A stretch of DNA of 64,000 nt, taken from positions 558,001 through 622,000 of the forward strand of contig JAXLNO010004671.1 of assembly GCA_038087875.1 (NCBI GenBank). Reading direction: 5' to 3'. The notes beneath the pieces are model-generated. The model was not told where the DNA came from and searched no databases. It saw nothing but the letters and a program-made list of their open reading frames with translations. This DNA comes from Malacoraja senta. Lineage: Eukaryota. Every line of letters starts with the position of its first letter. The stretch's first letter is position 1. Shown here piece by piece: positions 1 to 9,615 of the stretch. Position numbers and translations under genes: made by a program.

Positions 1-57
1 CGAGCCCGGGTCTCCGGCGCTGGGAGGCAGCAACTCTACCGCTGCTCCACCGTCCGC
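1..57 (-). mobile_element. tRNA-derived SINE head (HE1-like), cut by the window edge
   Basis: Reverse complement gcggacggtggagcagcggtagagttgctgcctcccagcgccggagacccgggctcg has a Pol III A-box-like TGGAGCAGCGG and the start of a B-box. It resembles the elasmobranch HE1 SINE head; similar degraded heads lie at ~27310-27410, ~35830-35900 and ~57990-58050. Confidence 0.6.
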
Positions 58-229
58 GCTCTCCCTGGTCACGGATGTCCCGGCACCTTCCCACCCCCTC
101 CCACGGTGCGTCCCACTGGGCCCCCTCCCAATACCCGTGAACCCCACCCTCCCAATCCCGTGACTCCCCCCCAACCCTACCAATGTCGGTGACTCCCCAT
201 CACCACCACAAGCAGCCACGGACAGACAG

Positions 230-737
230 ACAGCTGGAGAACACACTGGATTTTATTGAACATTTATGTCGCGACAGGGAAGCAGAACACGCCCCCCCAG
301 CAAAGAATCACATTCCATGATCACCCCTCCCCCCCCCCCCCCCCACAGTCCACGGTTGGAAGTGTCGCCTCAACGCCAGGATCTCCTCCCATTCCGTCCC
401 CCGACCGGCTCCGGACCTCTGGTCAACCAGCGCTGCAACGCTCCAGCTGTGATTCCCACCAGATGTTGATCGGGACTGTTCCCGCTGAAACCCGTCATTG
501 CAGTAACATTATGGGAAGCAGCAGCAGCAACCCCCCTCCCCATTGCTGTCAATAAATGAGCAGGGTCCCAGAGAGCGAAGCGCAAAGTCCAAATCACCAA
601 ATCAGCTGTAGATGCGCTCATTGCTCACCCATCACCCCATGATTACAGTCCACGCCTCCCCCCCCCCAAGTAGAAACCCCGCAAACTTGTCCCGCTCTCC
701 ACCGACGCTCCTGTGCCGGCGGCGGGACACGGCGGCC
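230..737 (-). other. Putative terminal 3'UTR exon of the MHC class I gene
   Basis: Strong acceptor ctctctctctccccag|GGCCG at 738/737, AATAAA at 257-252, then a GT-rich tract. The upstream exon ends with a GT donor one base after the stop codon. The 3' end is estimated. Confidence 0.55.
252..257 (-). terminator. Polyadenylation signal AATAAA of the MHC class I gene
   Basis: Plus-strand tttatt reads AATAAA on the gene strand, followed by gtgtgttctccagctgtctgtctgtcc (GU-rich downstream element). Confidence 0.55.
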
Positions 738-1039
738 CTGGGGGAGAGAGAGAGTTGGTTACAGAGTGACGCAAGCCCACCCGTGTAGCAGTAGTACTGA
801 CCCCCGCCCCCTGCCGAGAATAAAACCCCACTCCCCCAGCACCACAGGACAGTACAGCACAACAACAGGCCCTTCGGTCCACACTGGCTGTGCCGACCAT
901 GCTGCCGAGACCAACTATCTGTCTGTCTGCGCGTCACCCTCCACCTCCGCTCTCCGCATCTCCACGTATCCATCCACAAGTCTCTTTAATGTCACTGTCG
1001 TGTCTGTGTCGCCCGCATCCCTCAATTATCAGCAATAAC

Positions 1040-1560
1040 ACCGCCCCGGGAATAACTGCCCCCCCCCGGAAATAAGAACCGCTCCCCTAACTGGATATCA
1101 TACCCCCCCTCACACATTCACACATGCCGCTGGCATATCCCTCCCCCCGCACACACACACACCGCTGCCATATCCCCCCCCCCACACACGCACAGACCCC
1201 ACCGCGGGAATAACTGCCCCCCGGAAATACCCACCCCTCCCCTTGCTGGATATAATACCCCTCCCCCCCCACCCCCGCACACACACACCGCAGCTCCGGG
1301 GATTAAATCCACCTCCAGCACTGGAATAACCCTCCCCCCCACACAAACACACACGCTGGCATATCCCCACCCCCATTCCCCCACGGGATGTAACTCCACC
1401 CCTCGCAACGGGGAATTAAGCTCACCGCTCCCCCGCCGGGAATAACCCCCCCCCTCACCGGTGATAATACCCCCACCCACCGGTAATTAAACTCACTGCC
1501 CCCCTCCCTCCACCAGAATAAACCCCACCCCCACACGGGAATTAACCTCACCACCACCAC
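1040..1560. repeat. C-rich composite minisatellite in the last intron of the class I gene
   Basis: Recurrent cccccacacacac..gctggcatatcc and gggaataac/gggattaa units. Confidence 0.7.
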
Positions 1561-1635
1561 CCAACATCTTCCCCCCCCCGACCGGCCCACCCCCGGCCCG
1601 GGTGTGAGTTGTGAGGCGGGGTCCCGGTTCCTACC

Positions 1636-1682
1636 TCAGGCTGTAGCAGAGGAGTTTGATGAGTTTTCTCCGCGCTCCGAGG
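1636..1682 (-). CDS. MHC class I heavy chain, final coding (cytoplasmic) exon: (T)SERGENSSNSSATA*
   Basis: Acceptor ttccctccgcag|CC at 1683/1682 in phase 1; TGA at 1638-1636; donor GAG|gtagga at 1635/1634. Ser-rich tail typical of class I cytoplasmic ends. Confidence 0.85.
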
Positions 1683-1744
1683 CTGCGGAGGGAAGGAGCG
1701 ACGTTACACGTCAACTGGCAACGCCGTGGGTGCAGTGAGGCGCG

Positions 1745-2135
1745 GAGGGCCGGACACGCGCACACGGTCACATGCGCGCACACGCGAGCACGGGGACGCG
1801 CACAAGTGTACCGGGACTCGCACGAACACAGGGAGGCGGTGGCGTTGACGTGCACAGACGGCCACAGCGCGGACACGCGCAGGGACACGGACGCGCGTAG
1901 GGACACGCGGACGCGCGCATGAGACACACGGACGCGCGTAGAGCGCACAGGAACGCGCGCAGGGTCTCATGGACACACGCAGCGACACACGGGCGCGCAC
2001 ACGGACACGCGGACGCGCGCAGCGCGCGCACAGGGACGCGCGTAGGGACGGACGCGCGTAGATCGCTCAGGGACGCGCGCAGGGACACACGGGCGCGCTC
2101 AGGGACAAACGGAAGCGCGCAGACGCAGACACAGT
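1745..2135. repeat. CpG-dense imperfect tandem repeat (ggacgcgcgcagggacac-like units)
   Basis: Many near-copies of ggacacgcg/gacgcgcgcagg are visible directly. It explains several Arg/Ala/Val-rich spurious ORFs. Confidence 0.75.
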
Positions 2136-2332
2136 AAAGGCTCTGTCTCACGGTGTTGCGGTCGTTGGCGGTGAAGCGCGGCATCGCCGGAAGAGGGGAC
2201 CGCACGGCAACCACGAGAGCGCCGCACGGATGCTGCGCGGGGGGCCAAGTACGGCCGGTTCCACGAGCTTGCGGTTTCGGCTGATGAGGTCTTTCGGATC
2301 GCGGCGCTGTGGCGCACACGTACCTCACTGGC

Positions 2333-2460
2333 GGAGGCTGTGGCGGTGCAAGTTCGACTCACGGCACTCGTGCCGCACTGGCTGCGGCTGTGGCGGTGAC
2401 CGTGCCGCACTGGCGGCGGCTGTCGCGGTGACTGTGCCGCACTGGCGGCGGCTGTGCGGT
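2333..2460. repeat. ~33-bp tandem repeat (gtgccgcactggcggcggctgtggcggtgac), 3-4 imperfect copies
   Basis: Direct reading of repeated gtgccgcactggc(t/g)gcggctgt units. Confidence 0.7.
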
Positions 2461-2692
2461 AGGAACATATTTTTGGACAGTGTTGTGGGTTTTTTTAGCA
2501 CCGTGCTGTGTTGGCAACAACGCCGCACGGCCCCGGCACTGTGCGTTTGACCGAGCCCGCGGTCTCTGGCGCCCAGGAGCGGTAGATAGTTCCTGTTTCG
2601 CCGCCAATGACCGCAGACTCATGAGACAGGCCTTTAACAATGTGTAAGACATTGTGTAACAAGGACGGAGCTGTGATTTGAGGGCAACTTAC

Positions 2693-2722
2693 TCTTGGTG
2701 GGATTGTAGCCGCTCTTCCCCG
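2693..2722 (-). CDS. MHC class I heavy chain, first cytoplasmic exon (30 bp): (A)GKSGYNPTK
   Basis: Acceptor tgtgttttacag|CG, donor AAGA|gtaagt, phase 1-1. Carries the conserved class I cytoplasmic tyrosine (GYNP). Confidence 0.88.
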
Positions 2723-2824
2723 CTGTAAAACACAAAGACAGTTGGTGACGAGGCCCCGCAACAGCTTGGTCTAAACACACAGATTCAGCAGCTGCCCCGA
2801 CACCTCTCAACCCAATCACACAGC

Positions 2825-3190
2825 GGACAGGGAGGGGGAGATAGAGGGAGAGGGGAGGGGGAGATTGAGAGTAGGTCGAGGTGAGGGAGGGGGGAGATTG
2901 AGGGGAGGGGAAGGTCGAGGTGAGGGTGGGGGAGGGCGAGATTAAGGGGAGGGGGAGTTCGATGTGAGGGATGGGGAGGGGAGATGGAGGGGGAGATGGA
3001 GATGGAGGAGCACGCGGGAGGGGTAGATCGATGGGAGGGGGAGATGGAGGGGAGGAAGGGGTTGGAGGGGAAGACGAGGGAGATGCAGGGGAGGGGAAGT
3101 TGGATGGGAGGGGGGTGATGAAGGGGGAGGGGGGGAGGAGAGGAAGTTGGACGGGAGGGGAGGGGGAGATGGAGGTGGAGGAGTGGGGGC
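2825..3190. repeat. G-rich polypurine low-complexity tract (G-quadruplex-prone), with a C/T-rich tract at ~3880-4125
   Basis: Runs such as ggggagggggagat and gggagggggag throughout. Confidence 0.7.
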
Positions 3191-3717
3191 AGATTGAGTT
3201 TTACTCGGTGTTTCCGCCGGGTCAGGCCACGGGGTGGACGTGCCCGGAGGATGATGCAGATATGCGGCGGGCAGGAGGTCACTTTGACCCGGGCAGAGCT
3301 GCGCTTTGACGGAGGCGGATTGGAGAATAATCCCCCCTCCCCAGGGTGCTGCAATTTGTTCGCTCTGCACCAGAGGTGGGGGAGCAGAGACTCTCAGCCC
3401 GATGGATGTCCGGCCGGAGCTGCCAGGCAGACAACCAGCGGCCCAGAGCCGGCAAATTGGAGCATTGGCCACGGGCCCCTGACGGCTAGACACGGACACG
3501 GTGGGCCGAAGGGCCTGTTGCTGCGTTGTCTGCCCCCACCCAACACCCCCCACCCCACCCACGCACACTCACTCTTGAATCGTGGAATGAGAACGGAACA
3601 ACGTGGCAGAAGGGGCGGGCGGAGGGAGGTTGAGGCGGGGGTCGAGGGGAGGTTGAGGGGCGGGGGTCGGGGGAGGATGCGGAGAGGACGCCCCTCCACT
3701 GTCTCCCCAACTCCTAC

Positions 3718-3819
3718 CTGGTCTCTTCTTCCAGTACAAGCCTCCCCCCACGACCACGACCACCGCCTGCGCCAGGACAACGAGGACGATGATCATCACG
3801 GTGCTGCCCGATTTGCGGA
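3718..3819 (-). CDS. MHC class I heavy chain, connecting peptide/transmembrane exon: (V)RKSGSTVMIIVLVVLAQAVVVVVGGGLYWKKRP
   Basis: 102 bp, phase 1-1, acceptor ggaaag|TC, donor CCAG|gtagga. Hydrophobic segment followed by a WKKR stop-transfer motif. Confidence 0.88.
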
Positions 3820-4130
3820 CTTTCCGAGATTCAGAAACAGGCGGATGAGAGACAGAGACTGGGGTCCCAGATCCCTCTCCCCATTCACTCTCACCTTCCC
3901 TTTGTCTCACTCACACCCCCTCCCCTCCCCTTCTCATCCCCTCTTCTCCCTCCCATGCCGCTTCCTTCCTCACCCACCTGCCCTCTGCGCTACCCCTCCC
4001 CTCACCCCCCCTCCCTTCCCCTCCTACCCCTCCCCATCCTACCCGTCCCCTTTCCACAGACATCCACTCCCACCTCCCGCACCCCTCCATCTCCTGCTCC
4101 CCTCCACCTCCCGCTCCCTCCCCTACTCAC

Positions 4131-4394
4131 CCAGGAAGACCTCGAGGGGCTGGGACAGGCCCGGGTGCTCCACACGGCAGGAGAGCTGGGTCCGGTCCCC
4201 GGCCTCCACGTCGACCCAGCGGTGCTGCTGGAAGGTGCCGTCGTGGTTGGGGAGCGTCCCGTGGGAGCGGCTCTCATCCAGCACCAGGCCGTCCCGCACC
4301 AGGTTCACCTCGATGGAGCGCGGGTAGAAGCCCGTGGTAAAACACGACACGCGGCGGCCATCGGCCGACAGGAAGATGCTCACCTCGGGCTGAA
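4131..4394 (-). CDS. MHC class I heavy chain, alpha3 (C1-set Ig) exon
   Basis: 264 bp, phase 1-1, acceptor ctctccccacag|TT, donor CTGG|gtgagt. Encodes VQPEVSIF..SCFTTGFYPRSIEVNLVRDG..GTLPNHDGTFQ..LSCRVEHPGL, with both Ig cysteines and the class I GFYP and LPNxDGTFQ motifs. Confidence 0.93.
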
Positions 4395-4399
4395 CTGTG

Positions 4400-4930
4400 G
4401 GGAGAGAGACAGTGAGGGGGGAGACAGTGAGGGGTAGACAGTGAGGGGGAGACAGTGAGGGGGAGACGGTGAGGGGGAGACAGTGAGGGGGAGACAGTGA
4501 GGGGGTGACAGTGAGGGGGAGACAGTGAGGGGGAGACAGTGAGGGGGAGACAGTGAGGGGGAGACAGTGAGGGGGAGACAGTGAGGAGGAGACAGTGAGG
4601 GGGGGACCGTGAGCGGGAGACAGTGAGGGGAAGACAGTGAGGGGGAGACAGTGAGGGGGAGACAGTGAGGGGGAGAGTGAGGGGAGGGGAGACAGTGATG
4701 GGGAGACAGTCAGGGTGAGAGAGTGAGGGAGAGACAGTGAGGGGAGACAGTGAGGGGGAGACAGTGAGGGGGAGCCAGTGAGGGGGGAGTGAGGGTGAGA
4801 GAGTGAGCGGGAGACAGTGAAGGGGAGACAGTGAGGGGGACTGATAGGGGAGACTGTGAGGGGAGACATTGAGTGGGCGACAGTGAGGGGGAGACAGTGA
4901 GGGGGAGACAGTGAGGGGGGAGTGAGGGGG
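4400..4930. repeat. ~15-bp minisatellite (gagacagtgaggggg), roughly 35 imperfect copies, abutting the alpha3 acceptor
   Basis: Direct reading. It produces the SLSPPHCLPLTV-repeat portion of ORF 4123..4980. Confidence 0.92.
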
Positions 4931-5104
4931 AGATAAATGTCAGCGCGGAGGACAGCGTGAGTTGAGGATGGGGGACACACAGAGAGAGGGAGACACAGAG
5001 AGGGGGTAGACAGGTGGTGTGGAGACAGTCAGACTTGGGGGCAGACAACTGGGGAGACAGAGGGGGACAGAGAGAGTGGGGTCACAGAGTGGGGGGGACA
5101 CAGA

Positions 5105-6210
5105 GAGAAGGTGCCACACATGAGGCTGCTGAGGAAGATGAGACCCCACGGCATCAAAGGGAAGATACTAGCAGGTTGGCTGGATGGCAGAAGACAAAGA
5201 ATGGAAATAAAGTGTTTTACTGGTTGGCTGCTAGTGACTAGCGGAGATCTGCAGGGGTCGGTGCTGGGGCCGCTACTCCTCGCGTTGTATATTAAAGATT
5301 TCGAAGAGGGGATTGTAGGCTTTTTGAAAATAGGTGGAGGGGCAGGTAGTGTAGAGAAAGTGGGGACTCTGAATAAGGACTTGGATAGGTTGAGAGAGTG
5401 GGGCAGAAAAGTCGCAGATGGAATATAGTGTTCCAATGTGTGGAGTCATGCTTTGTGGCAGTAGGAATAAAGGTGTAGATTATTATCTAAATAGGGAGAG
5501 AATCCAGAAATCGGAGATGCAAAGGGGCTTGTGAGTGCTGGTGCAGGATTCCAGCAAAGTTAATCTGCAAGTCGAATCGATCACAAAGAAAGCAAACTCA
5601 ATGCGAGCACGTATTCTAAGAGGGCTTGTGTACACAAACAGGGATGTAATGTTGAGGCTCTATAAGGCGCTGGTCAGGACGCATTTGGCATATTGTGAGT
5701 AATTCTGGGCAGCATATCTGAGGAAGGATGTGCCTGCTCTGGAGAGGGTCCAGAGGACGTTTACAATAATGAGCCGAGGAATGAGTGGGCTAGCATATGA
5801 TGAGCTTTTGTCGCTACTGGGCCTCTACTCGCTGGAGTTTAGAAGGTTAAGGGGGGAGCTCATTGAAACATACAGAATAGTGAAAGGCCTGGATAGAGTG
5901 GATGTGGGCAGGAATTATTTTCCACTGGTGGGAGAGTCCAGGACTAGAGGTTATATGCTCAGTATTAATGGACGTTCATTTAGGAAGGAGATGAGCAGAA
6001 ATGTCTTTAGCCAGATGGTGGTGAATCTGTGGAATTCGTTGTCACCGAAGCTGTGGAGGCCGTCAGTGGATATTTTTAAGGCAGAGATAGATAGATTCTT
6101 GAGTAGTACAGGGGTCAGAGGTTAAGGGGAGAAGGCAGGAGAGATAGATCAGCCATGATTGAATGGCGGTGTACATTTGTTGGGCCAAATGGCCTAATTC
6201 TACTATTCAT
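5105..6210 (+). mobile_element. Degraded 5'-truncated CR1 LINE (RT C-terminal half plus 3' end)
   Basis: [26 protein letters not shown] and ALERVQRTFT..LYSLEFRRLRG fragments with stops and frameshifts; remnant ggccaaatggcc 3' hairpin. Confidence 0.85.
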
Positions 6211-6329
6211 GAGAGAGAGGGGGAGAGGGAGAGAGAAGGGGTGGGAGACGGGGCAGAGGGGGGGGTGAGCGAGATGGGGGCAAAGAGAGGGGGTAGGTAG
6301 AAAGGGGGAGAGACCTCCGGTGGCGAGGC

Positions 6330-8194
6330 GAGCAGATGGCTGCTTAATCTCGAGCTCCCGATAGCAAGTTTAAAACTAGCCTTCCTTAATTCACTAATTG
6401 CCACATAATTCACAGTTTTCTGTATTGGAATGAGTGGGGGAGCGACAACTAGAAGTCAAAAGAAACGCGACGGACGACAAAGAAAGAATTCACCGGAGAT
6501 GCACAAAGCTCAAAGTTCAAAGCTCAATGGATGACTCGGCAGAAACCGTGCACACAATGCTCCATAATATCAGTAAGGAATTACGTGACTTCAGGGCTGA
6601 ATATAAAGTGGACTTACATAAACTTAAAGAAGGACGCAAAGAAGGCACGAAAGCCGAACTCAAAGATCTGAAGCAAGAAATTTACCATAAACTTTCTGCT
6701 AACTCCAAACAAATCCATGCCCACGAAACTAGACTAAACAAAGCTGAGGCACGAATCGAAGAGGCTGAGACAATTAACATGGCTATGAAAGATGTGCTGT
6801 TTAAATCTATGAAAAAACTGAAGGTTATTCAAGAAAAAGTGACTGATTTGGAAGGACGGTCTAGACGAAATAACATTCGCATCTACAGCGTACCCGATGA
6901 GAAAGAAGGCAAATCCATGTATGAATTTGAGGAGCAACTTTTGAAAACTGAACTCGCAATAACAATGGAAACCAATCTATGGACCCAGCGCGCGCACAGA
7001 GCTTTGGCTCCCAAATCGGAACGCAACGCACCACCTAGGTCCATAGTGGTAAATTTCCTGGAGTTTAATACCAAATAAACGGTGTTGAAAAAGGCCTGGG
7101 AAAAGAAGATAATGATTGACGGGCCACGTCTATCATTTGACCACGACTATGCAACGGAGGTTGTCCAGAAGCGCATGAGGGAATAAAGAGGGCCCTGAAG
7201 GAGAGAGATGTCCGCTTCCAGATCCCGCTGGACAAGATGCGCATTCACTGGGACTCAGGAACATGCACATATCATAATGCACAGGACGCAGCGCAGGAGC
7301 TGAGGTGGAGAGGGTACTCCGTGGAGACACCAGATCACAGCGCTGAGGATCCGGCGGACCCAGAGATGGAGCATCTTCTCCAGGCTATGACATGGCAGAG
7401 AGCTGGGCAGAGGAGCGAAGACGGGAGCAAGAGAGCGACTACAAGAGTCTGAGCGGACCCCATCCAACTAGCTTTTATTGTGACACGACTTCTTTTGGAC
7501 TAGAAAATATATGATATCGGATGACGTTGGACGATACTAGGATGCGTGAAATGGAGTTTTTCACCTCTAGTGAGGGGCCCTCTGGGAGGAGGTTTTCCCC
7601 TCTCCCTGCCAACGGGGACTCAGGGTGGCAAGGAATCACCCTTACTTCGAAGTCAACTGTTTTCTCTTTTTTTTCAATTTTCTTTATTTAGCACATGTTG
7701 TCCAGATGTTCAGACCTACACAGTTCCAAGGTATCTGGAGATTTATGAATGCAATACAGGATTAGGTAAATGAAATGTCACGTAATGCTATCAAATTGGT
7801 GTCACTCAATGTAAATTGGATGAATGATCTAGTTAAAAGAAGCAAGGTGCATTTTATAGTTCCCATAAAACTAGCCAAAAGAGGCGAGTGGCTATCCTTA
7901 TCACAAATGCAGTCCAATTTTAATGCCATAAATAAGTCAGGGACAAAGAGGGAAGGTATATATTAGTTAAAGGAAAGCTGGAAAACAAAGTGGTGACTGA
8001 TCAATGTGTATGCCCCCCCCCCCCCCCCCCCATAGAGTACCAAATGTTTTTTTCAAAACTCTGTTTGACATTATTGCCTTAGAGACTGAACGTATTTTGA
8101 TATGTGGAGGGGACTTCAATGTGGTCATGAATCATAATTTGGATACAACAAGCCTAAAAAAGAACAAGATGCATCTGACCAAGTTTATTAACAC
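6330..8194 (+). mobile_element. L1-clade LINE 5' part: ORF1 (disrupted) and the start of the ORF2 APE endonuclease, cut by the gap
   Basis: ORF1 has a coiled coil, DLEGRSRRNNIRI, RAHRAL..PRSIVVNF and a premature TAA at 7076-7078. ORF2 fragments MSRNAIKLVSLNV.., NVYAP.. and ILICGGDFNVVMN. Confidence 0.88.
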
Positions 8195-8394
8195 NNNNNN
8201 NNNNNNNNNNNNNNNNNNNNNNNNNNNNNNNNNNNNNNNNNNNNNNNNNNNNNNNNNNNNNNNNNNNNNNNNNNNNNNNNNNNNNNNNNNNNNNNNNNNN
8301 NNNNNNNNNNNNNNNNNNNNNNNNNNNNNNNNNNNNNNNNNNNNNNNNNNNNNNNNNNNNNNNNNNNNNNNNNNNNNNNNNNNNNNNNNNNNNN
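8195..8394. other. Assembly gap (200 N, probably a placeholder of unknown size)
   Basis: Exactly 200 N. It truncates the L1 on the left and the NACHT exon on the right, and base composition changes across it. Confidence 0.99.
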
Positions 8395-9061
8395 TCACAC
8401 CGTGACTCGGGATCTAGGCACATGTGTTTGGGTTCTGTCGCTCCCCCTCTGTCAGCGAAATCAATAAAACGATTGAATTCATCAAAACCATCAAAGATAA
8501 ACAACAAAACAGTTGGATTATTCCAAAGCTCTTCCAGAACTGTCCCCAGGTAAGGATAGGAATTTAATATCAAATCTTTCAACGTCACTTTGCTGCTAAT
8601 GCTATTCAGGTCGCGGAATTTAAAACTAAAAACAAATTGGAACTGTGGGTAGATGGTTCCTGACGCCCAATCATGAATTATTTTCTGCACCAATGTTGTT
8701 TTACCAATGCCTGGAACTCCACAGGCAACCGCTGAACACCCCGTATTAAGTAGCACAGCATCGCCAGTTGATCTCTGTACCAAACGCATTTCCCGAGAAA
8801 TACTGCTCCGAAATAACTGATCAATTCGTATCTTTTCCAATTCTCTCTGGAGTTGCTGTTCTCGACATTCTTCGTGATCTTTCCCGCGTGACAAGAGTTC
8901 GTGTTCCACGAGCTTCCACTGACGTAATGGAAAAATAATTGTCAGTTCAGTATATCGGTCACCCAGCTGCGAAATCTCAATCTTCTCCGTCGTCAGGATT
9001 GTTTTCAATTCAAGTGTCTCACTTAGCACCCGGAGGCTTTCTTTGTGTTTCATCTGAACAT
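8395..9061 (-). CDS. NLR protein, FISNA-like/NACHT exon (partial, runs into the gap)
   Basis: Acceptor tgttttttccaatcaaag|AT in phase 1. Open frame DVQMKHKESLR..RYTELTII..VEHELLSRG, Walker A GVPGIGKT, WASG..FQFVFSFKFRDLN, Walker B LLFIFDGFDE. Confidence 0.95.
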
Positions 9062-9615
9062 CTTTGATTGGAAAAAACAGAGTTTTACCACATCGATGGC
9101 TTGTAAATTACAATGCAATTTTAAGGCTGTGGCGGGACCAATGGCAGATAATATTACTCCTAGTCATTGGTATTCAACTGGTCGTTAATTGTAATATTGC
9201 TTTTATATAGCAACATATTTATAATGGTTTTTCTCTCCAATTCATACCTCGCCCACACATCTTATTCTATGGTTGTTTTCATATTGCTATCTCCTTCACT
9301 TGTTTTGTTCTATTCCCTCCTCCCGTTCCCGATTAGGCAGATCCCTCTGCAGGTCCTTTCACCTTCACCACTAACGTTTATTTTCACAAGTCTAACCGCT
9401 ACTGCCTTTTGTATTCTACTTTTCACTGTCTTTCCTGCTTGTTTCTTCCGAAAATACCATTCACATCTGTTCAAGCCCTCTCAGCTCACGCTGCACACCG
9501 CATACCCAGCTTCACCCAGCCCCTTCTACTCATTCTCCACTCAGCTTCCTCTTCCACTCGCTCACACACCTATATCGTTCAACTAGACTTCACTAACTTC
9601 ACCCACTACAACTAT

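Noticed and set aside
2150-2306. Possible alternative cytoplasmic exon (cacag|CGCCGCG...AACACC|gtgaga) that would shift and extend the class I tail
   Set aside because: The acceptor has no polypyrimidine tract, and the direct exon-to-exon splice already yields a canonical tail.
4270-4310. Leu instead of the canonical C-strand Trp in alpha3 (IEVNLVRDG)
   Set aside because: From recollection, elasmobranch class I alpha3 domains commonly have an aliphatic residue here, so it is not evidence of a defect; an alignment is needed to confirm.
256-4327. Many long Pro/Gly/Arg-rich ORFs on both strands (e.g. 3194..4327 +, 2785..3354 -)
   Set aside because: They are products of GC-rich low-complexity and tandem-repeat DNA or the antisense of real exons; no domain motifs.
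9167-9615. Hydrophobic 139-aa ORF resembling a membrane protein, and a similar C/T-rich tract at 11995-12300
   Set aside because: Pyrimidine-rich low-complexity flanks of a CR1 insertion, possibly low-quality consensus. The hydrophobicity follows from T/C bias.
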